Source of the DNA: Candidatus Kapaibacterium sp.
Lineage (GTDB): Bacteria > Bacteroidota > Ignavibacteria > Kapaibacteriales > JAEUSM01
Length of the DNA stretch: 64,000 nt
Assembly: GCA_016788785.1 (NCBI GenBank)
Contig: JAEUSM010000013.1
Span: 56,771 to 120,770, forward strand
Direction: 5' to 3'
Below the pieces are notes generated by a model. It saw only the letters and a list, made by a program, of their open reading frames with translations, searched no databases and had not been told where the DNA came from. Both the position numbers and the translations under genes were made by a program. Positions 56,137 through 64,000 of the stretch are shown here, one piece after another (the stretch's first letter is position 1; each line of letters starts with the position of its first letter).

Positions 56137-58722
56137 ATGATACCATTCAAAACATTTGTCGTAACACCAGTACTACCACAGCGTATTGCAAGTTTGAAAG
56201 AATTGGCATTTAACTATTGGTGGACATGGCAATCCGATGCAAAAGACCTCTTTAAACAAATAGATAAAAAAATATGGGAAGAAGTCAATCACAACCCAGT
56301 TGCATTGATTAATCGTTTATCACAACAACAACTCATTGAACTATCAGAACGCGAAGCATTTGTGAGCTATTTGGATTACGTATATCAACGTTTTTCAACC
56401 TATATGAATGATACAACTTGGCACAAAACTGAACATAGTGAACAATCTGATACGATTGCCTATTTTTCCTTAGAATTTGGTATCAACGAAAGTTTCCCAA
56501 TTTATTCTGGTGGTTTGGGAATTTTGGCTGGTGATCATATGAAAAGTGCAAGTGATCTAGGGTTGCCATTAGTAGGAGTTGGTTTACTGTATCAACAAGG
56601 GTATTTCCATCAGTATCTTTCACAAAGCGGGTACCAAAAAGAGCGTTATTCATTTAATGACTTCAATTCAATGCCTTTGGTACTTATGAGAAACGAGCAA
56701 GGAACACCAATCACCATTTCCGTACAATTACCAACCGGGGATGCGTATGCACAAATATGGCGAGCTCAAATTGGACGAGTTCCATTGTACTTATTGGATA
56801 CCAATATTGAACAAAATTTGCACAACACTGATTTACGCGATATCACAGACCAACTGTACGGTGGTGATCGTGATAGAAGAATTCAACAAGAGATTGTCTT
56901 GGGAATTGGTGGTATTCGTGCATTACAAGCAATTGGCGTAACACCATCTGTTGTGCATATCAATGAAGGACACGCAGGATTTGCATTAATGGAACGCACT
57001 CGAAATATAATGGTCGAAAAAGGAATTACCTTTCAAGAAGCGAAAGAACTTTCTCGTTCTGGTTCTATTTTTACGACCCACACACCTGTTCCGGCAGGGA
57101 ATGAAGTTTTTACCTTAGACATTATTCAACGATATATGACTTCCTATGCTCAACAATTAGGAATTTCCATGTATGAATTTTTGGAAATGGGAAGAATTTA
57201 TTCAAATGATGAGCAAGAAAAATTCTCCATGACTGTTTTGGGATTAAAACTATCAACTTACCATAATGGTGTTAGTAAATTACACGGTGCTGTTGCAAGA
57301 AATATGTGGAAAGAAATATGGACTGATTTTCCCGAAAAAGAAGTTCCAATTGACCATATTACAAATGGTATTCACACAAAAACGTGGATTTCTAAAGACT
57401 TTGCAGAATTATACGATCGTTATCTTGGAACTAAATGGCGATATGAAGCTGACAATCAACAATTTTGGGATTTGGTCGATTCTATTCCGGATGAAGACCT
57501 TTGGCGAACAAAACAAAAGGTTCGTGCAGATTTGGTGTTGTATGCACGAGATCATTTATTAAAAAAACGTGGACTGTATTTAGAACCAGAAGAATTAAAT
57601 CGCACAGGAGAATATTTAGATTCTAATACTCTAACCATTGGTTTCGCACGACGTTTTGCCACCTACAAACGAGCAATGTTACTTTTTTCTGATATTGAAC
57701 GTTTAACTAAATTGCTGACGAACAAAACTCATCCAGTTCAAATCGTTATTGCAGGAAAGGCTCATCCTCGTGATACTCAAGGGAAAGAAGTATTACAAGA
57801 AATTATCCATAAAGTGAAAACGCATAAATTACAACGCTATGTTGTGTTTTTGGAAGATTATGATATGGAAGTTTCGTCTGTTATGTTGGCAGGGTCTGAT
57901 ATTTGGCTCAATACTCCTATTCGTCCTTTGGAAGCAAGTGCTACATCAGGTATGAAAGCAGTATTGAATGGAACTGTCCATATGTCCATTTTAGATGGTT
58001 GGTGGGACGAAGCTTATAATGGAAACAATGGTTTTGCTATCGGAAAAGGTGAGGAGTATCCTACCGAACAAGAATCGTATGAAGCAGAAGCTGAAACGCT
58101 GTATTCGCTCTTAGAAGATTTTGTTGTTCCATTATTCTACAGAAAGGATGACTCATTTTATTCCAAAAAATGGGTTCAATATATGAAAAACTCCATTCGG
58201 ACAAATAGTGGCGTTTATTCAACTCAACGAATGGTTCGAGAGTATGCGACTAAATACTATTATCCTGCAATGAAAACATATAACGCTATCAATACCTCTT
58301 CCGAGGATATTGTTGCTTTTAGAAGATGGAAAGAAAAAATCTGGTCTAATTGGCATAATGTAGAGGTGAAAGATTTGTATTTAGAAGGCACCAAAGATGC
58401 GTATGTTGGAAAAGAATTTGAGGCAACAGCTGTAATTTATTTGAATGGATTAGCTCCAACAGACATAAAAGCAGAATTGCTTTATGGCTCAGTCAATGCT
58501 ATGGGTAAATTCCAAAACGCAACGTACACATCCTTGCAATTAGTAGAATCTAACGATGAAACGAAAACACATAAATACAAAGGTACAGCTATTTGCGTGG
58601 ACTCAGGAATGCAAGGATGTACTGTTCGTGTTGTACCAAAACATCAATTTCTTTCCAACCCAGCTGAGATGTATGTATGCTCTTGGTCAAATGATATTAA
58701 GGGCGAAAACGAGCTTTCCTAA
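56137..58722 (+). CDS. glgP: alpha-glucan (glycogen/maltodextrin) phosphorylase, GT35
   Basis: The 861-aa protein matches GT35 in 'GGLGILAGDHMKSASDLGLPLVGVGLLYQQGYF' and 'GTKWRYEADNQQFWDLVDSIPDEDLWRTKQKVRADLV'. A pyridoxal-phosphate region reads 'EASATSGMKAVLNG' (compare the GT35 consensus 'EASGTSNMK'). Confidence 0.9.
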   Translation: MIPFKTFVVTPVLPQRIASLKELAFNYWWTWQSDAKDLFKQIDKKIWEEVNHNPVALINRLSQQQLIELSEREAFVSYLDYVYQRFSTYMNDTTWHKTEHSEQSDTIAYFSLEFGINESFPIYSGGLGILAGDHMKSASDLGLPLVGVGLLYQQGYFHQYLSQSGYQKERYSFNDFNSMPLVLMRNEQGTPITISVQLPTGDAYAQIWRAQIGRVPLYLLDTNIEQNLHNTDLRDITDQLYGGDRDRRIQQEIVLGIGGIRALQAIGVTPSVVHINEGHAGFALMERTRNIMVEKGITFQEAKELSRSGSIFTTHTPVPAGNEVFTLDIIQRYMTSYAQQLGISMYEFLEMGRIYSNDEQEKFSMTVLGLKLSTYHNGVSKLHGAVARNMWKEIWTDFPEKEVPIDHITNGIHTKTWISKDFAELYDRYLGTKWRYEADNQQFWDLVDSIPDEDLWRTKQKVRADLVLYARDHLLKKRGLYLEPEELNRTGEYLDSNTLTIGFARRFATYKRAMLLFSDIERLTKLLTNKTHPVQIVIAGKAHPRDTQGKEVLQEIIHKVKTHKLQRYVVFLEDYDMEVSSVMLAGSDIWLNTPIRPLEASATSGMKAVLNGTVHMSILDGWWDEAYNGNNGFAIGKGEEYPTEQESYEAEAETLYSLLEDFVVPLFYRKDDSFYSKKWVQYMKNSIRTNSGVYSTQRMVREYATKYYYPAMKTYNAINTSSEDIVAFRRWKEKIWSNWHNVEVKDLYLEGTKDAYVGKEFEATAVIYLNGLAPTDIKAELLYGSVNAMGKFQNATYTSLQLVESNDETKTHKYKGTAICVDSGMQGCTVRVVPKHQFLSNPAEMYVCSWSNDIKGENELS

Positions 58723-58744
58723 AAATTCGCTTTTTCTATTTAAC

Positions 58745-58782
58745 AAAAAAGCTCTTCGAACCAAGTTCAAAGAGCTTTTTTT
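58745..58782. terminator. bidirectional intrinsic terminator between glgP and the heme-oxygenase-like gene
   Basis: The sequence 'aaaaaagctcttcgaaccaagttcaaagagcttttttt' is present. Confidence 0.7.
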
Positions 58783-58798
58783 ATGAAAGATATTATGT

Positions 58799-59413
58799 CT
58801 ACAGGCTGTGGAATTTGGTCATCCAATCATCTAAGCTTTGGAAGGTTTGCTTAGCTGATTCTACAATTTCATCATGTTCATCTGGTGTGCAAGAACGTTC
58901 TACCAGCATTGCAAAGTTCTTCCAATTAGGACCGGTCATTTCTCCATAAGGAAAATAAAATTGTGTACAATTTGCCACTGCATCACCGAGTTTAGATTTC
59001 AAATGTCGCGTTATAACAGAACCACCCAATGTTGAGCCTTCTAAAACGTACAAGATTCCTAATTTTTTCGCAGAACTGTTTGTTTCTGGTAAATTAGAAC
59101 AAACTGGAATTGATGCAATCGACTCTTCAGTATGTTTACCCATTGCAAGAAGGTCAGCTTTCAACAATGATAATTTTTCCCGTTGAGGAACATTAAATTC
59201 ACCTAACCATTGCTCTGTAGCATTTTCGAATAACTTCGGTTCTAGAGCTGCATAATACCCCCAAAATGCTTCTATTATTTTGTGATATTCTTCCATCGAT
59301 ATTGAATCAGATGTAACTTGTTCTAAATAAGGATTTTTTTCTATAGCGTCGTGCATTGGTCTGGTTTCTTCTTTTAGACGCTTCATTACTGATATTTGTT
59401 CTTGGATTTCCAT
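58799..59413 (-). CDS. heme-oxygenase-family protein (biliverdin-producing HO/BphO-like)
   Basis: The 204-aa protein has an N-terminal 'LKEETRPMHDAIEKNPYL' consistent with the HO family 'L+..T...H...E...F' pattern. The size fits, but there is no neighbouring phytochrome. Confidence 0.5.
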   Translation of the reverse strand: MEIQEQISVMKRLKEETRPMHDAIEKNPYLEQVTSDSISMEEYHKIIEAFWGYYAALEPKLFENATEQWLGEFNVPQREKLSLLKADLLAMGKHTEESIASIPVCSNLPETNSSAKKLGILYVLEGSTLGGSVITRHLKSKLGDAVANCTQFYFPYGEMTGPNWKNFAMLVERSCTPDEHDEIVESAKQTFQSLDDWMTKFHSL

Positions 59414-59434
59414 GTTGTTTTAATGATTTTAATG

Positions 59435-60952
59435 TTAAAATTTAGGGAAGATACTGATAGTAAATCTTGGAATTGCCAATATAGTGTTTACATCTAATAT
59501 TGCACGTTGTTCTGGTTCATTGCGGTAACATTCATAAATACTACTTTCACGTCCAATAGGATTTGACGTAAATCTTCTTGCACCAGTTGGAAAATTTACT
59601 CGAAATTCTGCGGAAGGAACAATAACACCCCACGAAAAATCAATATTACCCATTAGTCCAACATTCAATATTGGTCCAATGCGAGTTACAGTTTCGTTAT
59701 TAGCACCATAGGTAGCACTGGAAAAAGATACACCAGAACCTGCAAAAAAATTGATTCGTCCATATTGATTAGGAATTAATTTGAAAGCAAAATCAATGTT
59801 TCTATATGAATCAATTATAGGAGGCTCACCAGCATTTGTAAACAAACTAGATTGGTGCGATGACGTATTAAATCCAGCTTCCAATTGAATCCATTCGACG
59901 GGATAGTACATTATTTGTGCTCCGAACGCTGCTATTGCTGCCAAAGACACCCATTGATCTCTATCTTTTCGACAACCATTCAAGAACGTTAGATTATCTA
60001 CGATAGTATTGGAACCAATTAAAGCACCTATTCCGATTAATTTTGGATAAGGATGTTCTAAAATTTCAATATCCGTTTCTTTTTCATCTTCAAAATCAAT
60101 TCTTCCTCGTTGAGAAAAACTATCTGTTGCTATAAAAAATAGTACTAAAGAGAAAATTGCAAATAATGATGCCGCATTTTTTGTGGTTTGTTGAATCATG
60201 GTTTCTACAGTTGTTGAACGAATTTCTGCTATTTTATGTGCTATATATTGGACGTATGATGGTTCGTTTCGTTTTCCACGATAAGGAACTGGTGCCATAT
60301 AAGGGGAATCTGTTTCTATCATAATCCTCTCTTCTGGAATAAATTGAATACATTCTGCTAATGTGGATTTTTTATAGGTTACATTTCCTGTAAAGGAAAT
60401 ATGAAATCCTGCATCAAGTACTTTTTCTGCATATTCTGGAGATGACGAAAAGCAATGGAATACTCCACGGAGTTTTTCATCTTGATGTTCCTTCACGATG
60501 GATAAAACATCTTCATCAGAATCTCTATTGTGGATTATAACAGGCAAATTAAGCTCTTTTGCTAATTCTAATTGACGATGAAATACTGCTTGTTGTTGTG
60601 ATTTTGGAGCAAAATCATAGTAATAATCCAATCCAATTTCACCCAACGCTTTTACCGTTGAAGTATTTTCACCATACAATAGTTTTATCATATCTGCTGT
60701 ATCGCTTTCAAATTCACTCGCATTATGGGGGTGAACACCCAAACCACAAGAAAGATAAGGAGATTTGTTTGCAACGGAAAGTAAATGCTGAAAATCACTC
60801 GGACGTATTGCAGGAATGATAATGTGCTCAACGCCAGAGGATATTGCTCGAGCTAAGACCTCATCTCTGTCTTCATTGAATTGCTCTACATCTAAATGGC
60901 AATGAGTATCTATCATTAAGGGTGATTTGTCGGATAAATTAGAAATTTTCAA
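59435..60952 (-). CDS. TatD/YcfH-family metal-dependent hydrolase fused in-frame to a hydrophobic segment and a ~230-aa C-terminal putative beta-barrel domain
   Basis: The N-terminal ~270 aa are collinear with E. coli YcfH ('MIDTHCHLDV', 'IGLDYYYDFAPKSQQQAVFHRQLELAKELNLPVIIHNRDS', 'ETDSPYMAPVPYRGKRNEPSYV', and the canonical C-terminal end 'TTKNAASLF'). No stop codon follows. Instead the ORF continues through 'AIFSLVLFFIATDSFSQ' into a Gly/Ser/aromatic-rich domain ending in '...RFTISIFPKF'. Confidence 0.65.
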   Translation of the reverse strand: MKISNLSDKSPLMIDTHCHLDVEQFNEDRDEVLARAISSGVEHIIIPAIRPSDFQHLLSVANKSPYLSCGLGVHPHNASEFESDTADMIKLLYGENTSTVKALGEIGLDYYYDFAPKSQQQAVFHRQLELAKELNLPVIIHNRDSDEDVLSIVKEHQDEKLRGVFHCFSSSPEYAEKVLDAGFHISFTGNVTYKKSTLAECIQFIPEERIMIETDSPYMAPVPYRGKRNEPSYVQYIAHKIAEIRSTTVETMIQQTTKNAASLFAIFSLVLFFIATDSFSQRGRIDFEDEKETDIEILEHPYPKLIGIGALIGSNTIVDNLTFLNGCRKDRDQWVSLAAIAAFGAQIMYYPVEWIQLEAGFNTSSHQSSLFTNAGEPPIIDSYRNIDFAFKLIPNQYGRINFFAGSGVSFSSATYGANNETVTRIGPILNVGLMGNIDFSWGVIVPSAEFRVNFPTGARRFTSNPIGRESSIYECYRNEPEQRAILDVNTILAIPRFTISIFPKF

Positions 60953-60996
60953 TTGTTGCTATATACCGAACAACATCCTATTCTATTGTTTTTCTT

Positions 60997-62973
60997 TTAT
61001 TCAACTATTTCTTCGTGATTTTTGGGTAATGAACATAAAATTCTCCAACCCTCACGTATTAGTTTCATAGTCTTTTCAATTTCATTTTCTTCCAAAGGAT
61101 TATCTACCAAATCAATGGTTATATCTTTGTTCGTTCGTTGTTGTGCAAATTTTGGAAGTTTTCGAAGTTCATTTTTTGAAATATACACAAATTCCAATTT
61201 GGGAAAATTTTGTATTTCAATTAAACTAATCTGATTATTTGAGCAAATCAATCGTTGAAGCCGTGAAAATTTCTTTCCTTTGAGTTGCACCTCCTGAATT
61301 GAATTGGAGCTAATGTCTATGACTTCAAGAAGTTTACATTCTAAAAGTTCATTCGGAAAAAATTCTAAAGAACATGAACGCAATGAAATGGAATGCAACT
61401 GTTTACAATGGAGTAATGGTGCAACATTCGTAAGAACTTCATCAGTGATTTGTAATGATTTGAGAGATGGTAGTTTTTCAATACCATCAAGTAATTGAAT
61501 TCCTGTTGACCGCAACGCAAGTGAATGTAATTTTTTTGAGACCACTCCAATTTCTGTAATATTTGATAGTGCAAACCCTGCAATAGTTACTTCTTCTAAT
61601 GAGGTATTCGAAGAGAATTGAATGGAATGCAAAGACGAATTCAAATTGAAATTTTCCAAAGAAAGTTTTTTGAGAGAACGAATTTTCGTGATTTTTTTAT
61701 ACAAATCATTAGAAAATTCGTATTCTAATTGAGAAATCGAAATCGAACAACATTGAGGAAATTTCATTCGATACATTGGTGAGTTTTTCGAAGGAACGAT
61801 TTTTACATCTGAAATAAGAAGGAATTGCAATTTCGGCAGCGATTCTATCAAGGTACAAAAATCTTGTTCTGATATTTCGCAATGAAGTAAGGACAAATAT
61901 CTAACCGAAAGGAGTGTTGAAGCAGTAAACGAGAAAATTTCACAATGTTGTACGGACAGGTATTGCAATTCATTCAATGATTTCAAATTCTCAAGTTTCA
62001 GAGTCAATGCATCAATATTTTTCATCACAATTCCGGAAATTGTTTCGAAAAATTCTGGTCGAAATTGCTCCTCCACTAACGAAGCAACCACCATCGATGC
62101 TTGTTTGGAAGCTAATAATTCTTGTGTTGTTGGTATGGTTGTAAGCTGGTATGCAGTCTCTTGAAACAATTGACCATTCATAGACACTGTTTCTAAAAAA
62201 GCAGAAACATCGTGAAAAAACTTTGGATTGTAGCTGTATTTCGTGGGTTGTTTGAACCAATGCAATCGCAAAGCATCTTTTTGTTCATCATTGAGATATT
62301 CTTTCAAATATTCTCGAGCTTGTAATCGAATTGCTTTCGAGCTTCCGAAAAGTTCTAATGCAAAGAGTGATGTCGTGATTTCATCTATTGACAAATTGTT
62401 TTGTTGGTTGGATTGCTGAAGAACTGAATTGACAAATTCTTTGACAACCAGTACATTTGTTTGAATTTGTTGAATTGAATACCGTTCAAAATATCGTTTT
62501 AGATGATATTCAACCGTCATCGGGAGTCCAAGATGTGTACACAATGACAACTCTTTTTCATTTGGTCGAACACCTAAAAGAATATGAGAATAGCGTTCTT
62601 CATTCTTTTTGGAGAAATGCTCAATGTTCCAACCAAGAGATTGTACCATTTGTTGTATAGATGGTAAGGAAAAACACAAAAGATTCCCGCAGATACCAAT
62701 GAAAACAGTATCGTTGTTAGACAGATTTTTGAAAGGATTTTCTAAAAGAAAACTCAATGAATTGAGAGCATGTGTTGCATTTTGAGCATTCCCAATTGAT
62801 AAGATTTCCAATTGTTGTTCAACGGAGGTTACTGATTCGGTGTAAACTGGATTGTAAAATTCGTCGGAATTGAAAAACGGTTGGAACGATGAATGTTTGG
62901 AAACACCCCTTCTGTTTTTTTCTTTGTATTTTGAGCGATAATCGTTGACAAATGGGTCAGGAAACTTCGACAT
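60997..62973 (-). CDS. large cytoplasmic leucine-rich-repeat protein
   Basis: The C-terminal ~300 aa contain more than ten LRRs ('LKSLQITDEVLTNVAPLLHCKQLHSISLRSCSLEFFPNELLECKLLEVIDISSNSIQEV', 'LQRLICSNNQISLIEIQNFPKLEFVYISKNELRKLP'). The N-terminal ~350 aa have no recognised domain. Confidence 0.6.
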   Translation of the reverse strand: MSKFPDPFVNDYRSKYKEKNRRGVSKHSSFQPFFNSDEFYNPVYTESVTSVEQQLEILSIGNAQNATHALNSLSFLLENPFKNLSNNDTVFIGICGNLLCFSLPSIQQMVQSLGWNIEHFSKKNEERYSHILLGVRPNEKELSLCTHLGLPMTVEYHLKRYFERYSIQQIQTNVLVVKEFVNSVLQQSNQQNNLSIDEITTSLFALELFGSSKAIRLQAREYLKEYLNDEQKDALRLHWFKQPTKYSYNPKFFHDVSAFLETVSMNGQLFQETAYQLTTIPTTQELLASKQASMVVASLVEEQFRPEFFETISGIVMKNIDALTLKLENLKSLNELQYLSVQHCEIFSFTASTLLSVRYLSLLHCEISEQDFCTLIESLPKLQFLLISDVKIVPSKNSPMYRMKFPQCCSISISQLEYEFSNDLYKKITKIRSLKKLSLENFNLNSSLHSIQFSSNTSLEEVTIAGFALSNITEIGVVSKKLHSLALRSTGIQLLDGIEKLPSLKSLQITDEVLTNVAPLLHCKQLHSISLRSCSLEFFPNELLECKLLEVIDISSNSIQEVQLKGKKFSRLQRLICSNNQISLIEIQNFPKLEFVYISKNELRKLPKFAQQRTNKDITIDLVDNPLEENEIEKTMKLIREGWRILCSLPKNHEEIVE

Positions 62974-63112
62974 AATGTACGGTAATGTTGACTAATGTTC
63001 TACGATATTACCATCGTAGAACATTTATCGTACAGACACCTTTGGTGAAAGGTGAGAATAAATTGGGGTTCCTACATGGTATACTGTTTTTAGCAGAAAA
63101 AAGTTCCCATTT

Positions 63113-63151
63113 TCAAAAAAAAACCTTGAAATTTTTCAAGGTTTTTTTTCA
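63113..63151. terminator. bidirectional intrinsic terminator downstream of the acyl-CoA dehydrogenase gene
   Basis: The sequence 'aaaaaaaaaccttgaaatttttcaaggttttttttc' is present. Confidence 0.7.
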
Positions 63152-63170
63152 ATTTATCGATTTATGGGAG

Positions 63171-64000
63171 CTATTGAGCAATAATATTTCTTGCAATTAC
63201 TATTCGTTGTACTTCAGAAGTACCTTCGCCAATGGTCAGTAGCTTCGAATCTCTCCAAAGTTTTTCAACTGGGTAATCTTTGATATATCCATAACCACCA
63301 TGAATTTGAATTGCTTCTTCGGATACTTGTACTGCCACTTCTGAGGCAAATAGTTTCGCATGAGATGCAGCCAAAGAATAATCTTCACCATTGTCTCTTA
63401 ACATAGCTGCTTTGTAGGTCAAAAGTCGAGCCGCATCAATATTCATAGACATTTGTGCCAATTTGAATTGAATCGCTTGGAAACTTGCCAATGATTTATT
63501 GAATTGGTGACGCTCATTTGCATACTTCAATGCTGCTTCAAATGCACCTTGTGCTAAACCAACAGATAACGCAGCAATAGAAATTCTTCCACCATCAAGA
63601 ATTTGTAAGGCTTGAATAAATCCTTCGTTCTCATTTCCAATGAGATTTTCAGCTGGTACTCGAACATTTTCTAACGTTAAAGACGCTGTATCACTACAAC
63701 GCATTCCGACTTTATTTTCTTTTTTCGAACCATAAAATCCTGGCATAGATTTATCAACAACGAATGCTGAGATACCGCGGTTTTTCTTTTCTCTATCAGT
63801 AACCGCCATAATCACAGCAGTGTTACCGACATTTCCATGCGTAATGAAGTTTTTGGAACCATTGATTATCCAGCCATCACCATCACGAACAGCAACAGTT
63901 TGCATACCACCAGCATCAGAACCAGAATTTGGTTCAGTTAGTCCCCAAGCACCTAAAGCCCTTCCGGATGCAAGGTCAGCTACATATTTTTTTCTCAATG
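63171..64000 (-). CDS. acyl-CoA dehydrogenase (C-terminal ~275 aa; N-terminus lies beyond the window edge)
   Basis: Acyl-CoA dehydrogenase (ACAD) middle and C-terminal domain motifs are present: 'LGAWGLTEPNSGSDAGGMQTVA', 'GSKNFITHG', 'IHGGYGYIKDYPVEKLWRDSKLLTIGEGTSEVQRIVIARNIIAQ'. Confidence 0.8.
   Translation of the reverse strand, partial: LRKKYVADLASGRALGAWGLTEPNSGSDAGGMQTVAVRDGDGWIINGSKNFITHGNVGNTAVIMAVTDREKKNRGISAFVVDKSMPGFYGSKKENKVGMRCSDTASLTLENVRVPAENLIGNENEGFIQALQILDGGRISIAALSVGLAQGAFEAALKYANERHQFNKSLASFQAIQFKLAQMSMNIDAARLLTYKAAMLRDNGEDYSLAASHAKLFASEVAVQVSEEAIQIHGGYGYIKDYPVEKLWRDSKLLTIGEGTSEVQRIVIARNIIAQ

Noticed and set aside
58799-59413. The heme-oxygenase-like gene as part of a bacteriophytochrome photosensor locus
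   Set aside because: No phytochrome (PAS-GAF-PHY) gene is adjacent. The flanking genes are glgP and the TatD fusion, so only the family assignment is reported.

Overview
This is a 64-kb chromosomal window from an AT-rich (roughly 35-38% GC) bacterium of the Fibrobacteres-Chlorobi-Bacteroidetes (FCB) group; Ignavibacteria, Chlorobi or Bacteroidota are all consistent with what follows. Several secreted proteins carry C-terminal type IX secretion system (T9SS) sorting domains, and there is a DUF1573 protein with the 'ASCGCT' motif, a TonB-dependent receptor, and no Shine-Dalgarno-rich leaders. Coding density is high, and no transposase, integrase, CRISPR array, rRNA or tRNA was seen. Six points stand out. 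(1) Three paralogous class III adenylate cyclases carry tetratricopeptide-repeat (TPR) regions; two of them are roughly 88% identical in the C-terminal half (sampled by eye) and sit in a segmental duplication, and one contains about seven near-identical 120-bp tandem repeats. (2) A minus-strand operon of exported proteins holds DUF1573, two T9SS cargo proteins and two paralogous Cys-rich proteins of unknown family, and ends in an extracytoplasmic-function-type (ECF-type) sigma factor. (3) A tightly overlapping operon encodes a HAD-phosphatase::UbiA-prenyltransferase fusion, a small leucine-rich-repeat (LRR) protein and a clear DprE1 orthologue, which suggests a polyprenyl-phospho-D-arabinose-type donor pathway outside the actinobacteria. 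(4) A gene trio (CrtC/AttH-like, membrane protein, CrtQ/CruC-like family-2 glycosyltransferase) is consistent with carotenoid glycoside tailoring. (5) A TatD/YcfH hydrolase is fused in-frame to a signal-peptide-like segment and a putative beta-barrel domain. (6) Seven intergenic regions each carry a mosaic array of short GC-rich (about 55-60% GC) hairpin modules, a family of at least nine module types that recombine in different orders and orientations. Most of these arrays sit in divergent or upstream regulatory regions, and several include intrinsic-terminator-like hairpins followed by T-runs. Housekeeping genes include recG, nnr, pssA, waaA, lat, glgP, an acyl-CoA desaturase, an NfeD-flotillin pair, a tricorn-like protease, a PduO-type adenosyltransferase and an oligopeptide-type ABC substrate-binding protein. 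Pairwise identities quoted below are rough by-eye estimates, not computed alignments.
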